Source: Tubulanus polymorphus
Lineage: Eukaryota; Animalia; Nemertea
DNA: 64,000 bases
NCBI RefSeq assembly: GCF_964204645.1
Contig: NW_027437433.1
Location: 62,001-126,000 of the forward strand
Direction: 5' to 3'
This document shows, in pieces, positions 62,281 to 64,000 of the stretch. The position numbers were made by a program, and so were the translations under genes. Below the pieces are notes generated by a model that saw only the letters and a list, made by a program, of their open reading frames with translations, ran no database searches and was not told the origin of the DNA. Within the stretch, counting starts at the first letter, position 1. Each line of letters starts with the position of its first letter.

Positions 62281-64000
62281 TCTGAAAAGATGAGTAAAGG
62301 CGTATTGAACTGATTTAAAATAGATAGGTGGAAAGAATCAGAATTTTCTGGCTGCATTTGGTTCTGAAGATGATAGACTCGATCCGAAATGATAGGTTAA
62401 GGTAAACTGAACTTATTTCGAGTAGATGGGTTGAAAGATACAGATTTTTCTAGCTAAATATGGTTCTAAAGATGATGAATTCTATCTTAATTGATGGGTT
62501 TGGGTGTATTGAACTGATTTCAAATAGATAGGTGGAAAGAAACAGAATTTTCTGGCTGCTTTTGGTTCTAAAGATGATGGATTCAATCTGAAAAGATGAG
62601 TAAAGGCGTATTGAACTGATTTCAAATAGATAGGTGGAAAGAAACAGAATTTTCTGGCTGCTTTTGGTTCTAAAGATGATGGATTCAATCTGAAAAGATG
62701 GGTTAAGGCTTATTGAACTGATTTCAAATAGATAGGTGGAAAGAAACAGAATTTTCTGGCTGCTTTTGGTTCTAAAGATGATGGATTCAATCTGAAAAGA
62801 TGGGTTAAGGCTTATTGAACTGATTTCAAATAGATAGGTGGAAAGAATCAGAATTTTCTGGCTGCTTTTGGTTCTGAAGATGATGGATTCAATCTGAAAA
62901 GATGGGTTAAGGCGTATTGAACTGATTTCAAATAGATAGGTGGAAAGAAACCGAATTTTCTTGCTGCTTTTGTTTCTAAAGATGATGGATCAATGTGAAA
63001 AGATGGGTTAAGGCGTATTGAACTGATTTCAAATAGATAGGTGGAAAGAAACAGAATTTTCTGGCTGCTTTTGGTTCTAAAGATGATGGATTCAATCTGA
63101 AAAGATGGGTTAAGGCTTATTGAACTGATTTCAAATAGAAAGGTGGAAAGAATCAGAATTTTCTGGCTGCATTTGGTTCTGAAGATGATAGACTCGATCC
63201 GAAATGATAGGTTAAGGTAAACTGAACTTATTTCGAGTAGACGGGTTGAAAGATACAGATTTTTCTAGCTAAATATGGTTCTAAAGATGATGAATTCTAT
63301 CTTAATTGATGGGTTTGGGTGTATTGAACTGATATCAAATAGATAGGTGGAAAGAATAAGAATTTTCTGGCTGCTTTTGGTTCTGAAGATGATGGATTCA
63401 ATCTGAAAAGATGAGTAAAGGCGTATTGAACTGATTTCAAATAGATAGGTGGAAAGAAACAGAATTTTCTGGCTGCTTTTGGTTCTAAAGATGATGGATT
63501 CAATCTGAAAAGATGGGTTAAGGCTTATTGAACTGATTTCAAATAGAAAGGTGGAAAGAATCAGAATTTTCTGGCTGCATTTGGTCCTGAAGATGATAGA
63601 CTCGATCCGAAATGATAGGTTAAGGTAAACTGAACTTATTTCGAGTAGATGGGTTGAAAGATACAGATTTTTCTAGCTAAATATGGTTCTAAAGATGATG
63701 AATTATAACTCAATTGATGGGTTTGGGTGTATTGAACTGATATCAAATAGATAGGTGGAAAGAATAAGAATTTTCTGGCTGCTTTTGGTTCTGAAGATGA
63801 TGGATTCAATCTGAAACGATGAGTAAAGGCGTATTGAACTGATTTCAAATAGATAGGTGGAAAGAAACAGAATTTTCTGGCTGCTTTTGGTTCTAAAGAT
63901 GATGGATTCAATCTGAAAAGATGGGTTAAGGCTTATTGAACTGATTTCAAATAGATAGGTGGAAAGAATCAGAATTTTCTGGCTGCATTTGGTTCTGAAG

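Larger units (their letters stand above)
1..64000. repeat. Tandem satellite DNA array, 102-bp monomer, ~628 copies, with higher-order repeat organisation; runs off both window edges
   Basis: Monomer starts at 1, 103, 205, 307, 409 and so on. The motifs TGAACT..TTC, GAAAGA, TTTTCT.GCT and GGTTCT(A/G)AAGATGAT recur every 102 bp (101 bp after type E) to the window end, all in the same orientation. Monomer 1 is 36/102 GC. Confidence 0.99.

Noticed and set aside
295-63911. About 115 minus-strand ORFs of 68-125 aa (MNPSSLEPKAARKF...)
   Set aside because: They begin at TTG inside the repeat, and their length simply tracks monomer order because 102 is divisible by 3. There is no recognisable domain or unique flank, so they are satellite translation artefacts.
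1-64000. CRISPR array
   Set aside because: No unique spacers: the entire 102 bp is repeated. No leader or cas genes.
1-64000. Pure sequencing or rolling-circle concatemer artefact
   Set aside because: Stable monomer types, nested HORs and inherited SNV haplotypes are not produced by concatemerising one template. Individual block copy numbers could still be misassembled.

Overview
The whole 64-kb window is one uninterrupted, head-to-tail, single-orientation tandem satellite array. It holds about 628 copies of a 102-bp, ~35% GC monomer (consensus ATGGGTTAAGGCTTATTGAACTGATTTCAAATAGATAGGTGGAAAGAAACAGAATTTTCTGGCTGCTTTTGGTTCTAAAGATGATGGATTCAATCTGAAAAG). I see no genes, RNA genes, transposon insertions, inversions or unique sequence, and the listed ORFs are by-products of a monomer length divisible by 3. 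The monomers fall into fixed types (A, B, a ~78%-identical C, D, and a 101-bp E). These build a nested higher-order repeat (HOR) hierarchy: a 408-bp 4-mer, an 815-bp 8-mer and a recurrent 2039-bp 20-mer. On top of that are kb-scale tandem and dispersed block duplications (offsets 1529, 1733, 2550, 2650, 4485, 4996, 7645, 29156 and 34152 bp) that can be traced by shared SNVs. This architecture is typical of eukaryotic centromeric or pericentromeric satellite DNA, but I do not recognise the family or organism, and centromere function is inference only. All counts were made by hand from the sequence and the ORF-track coordinates.
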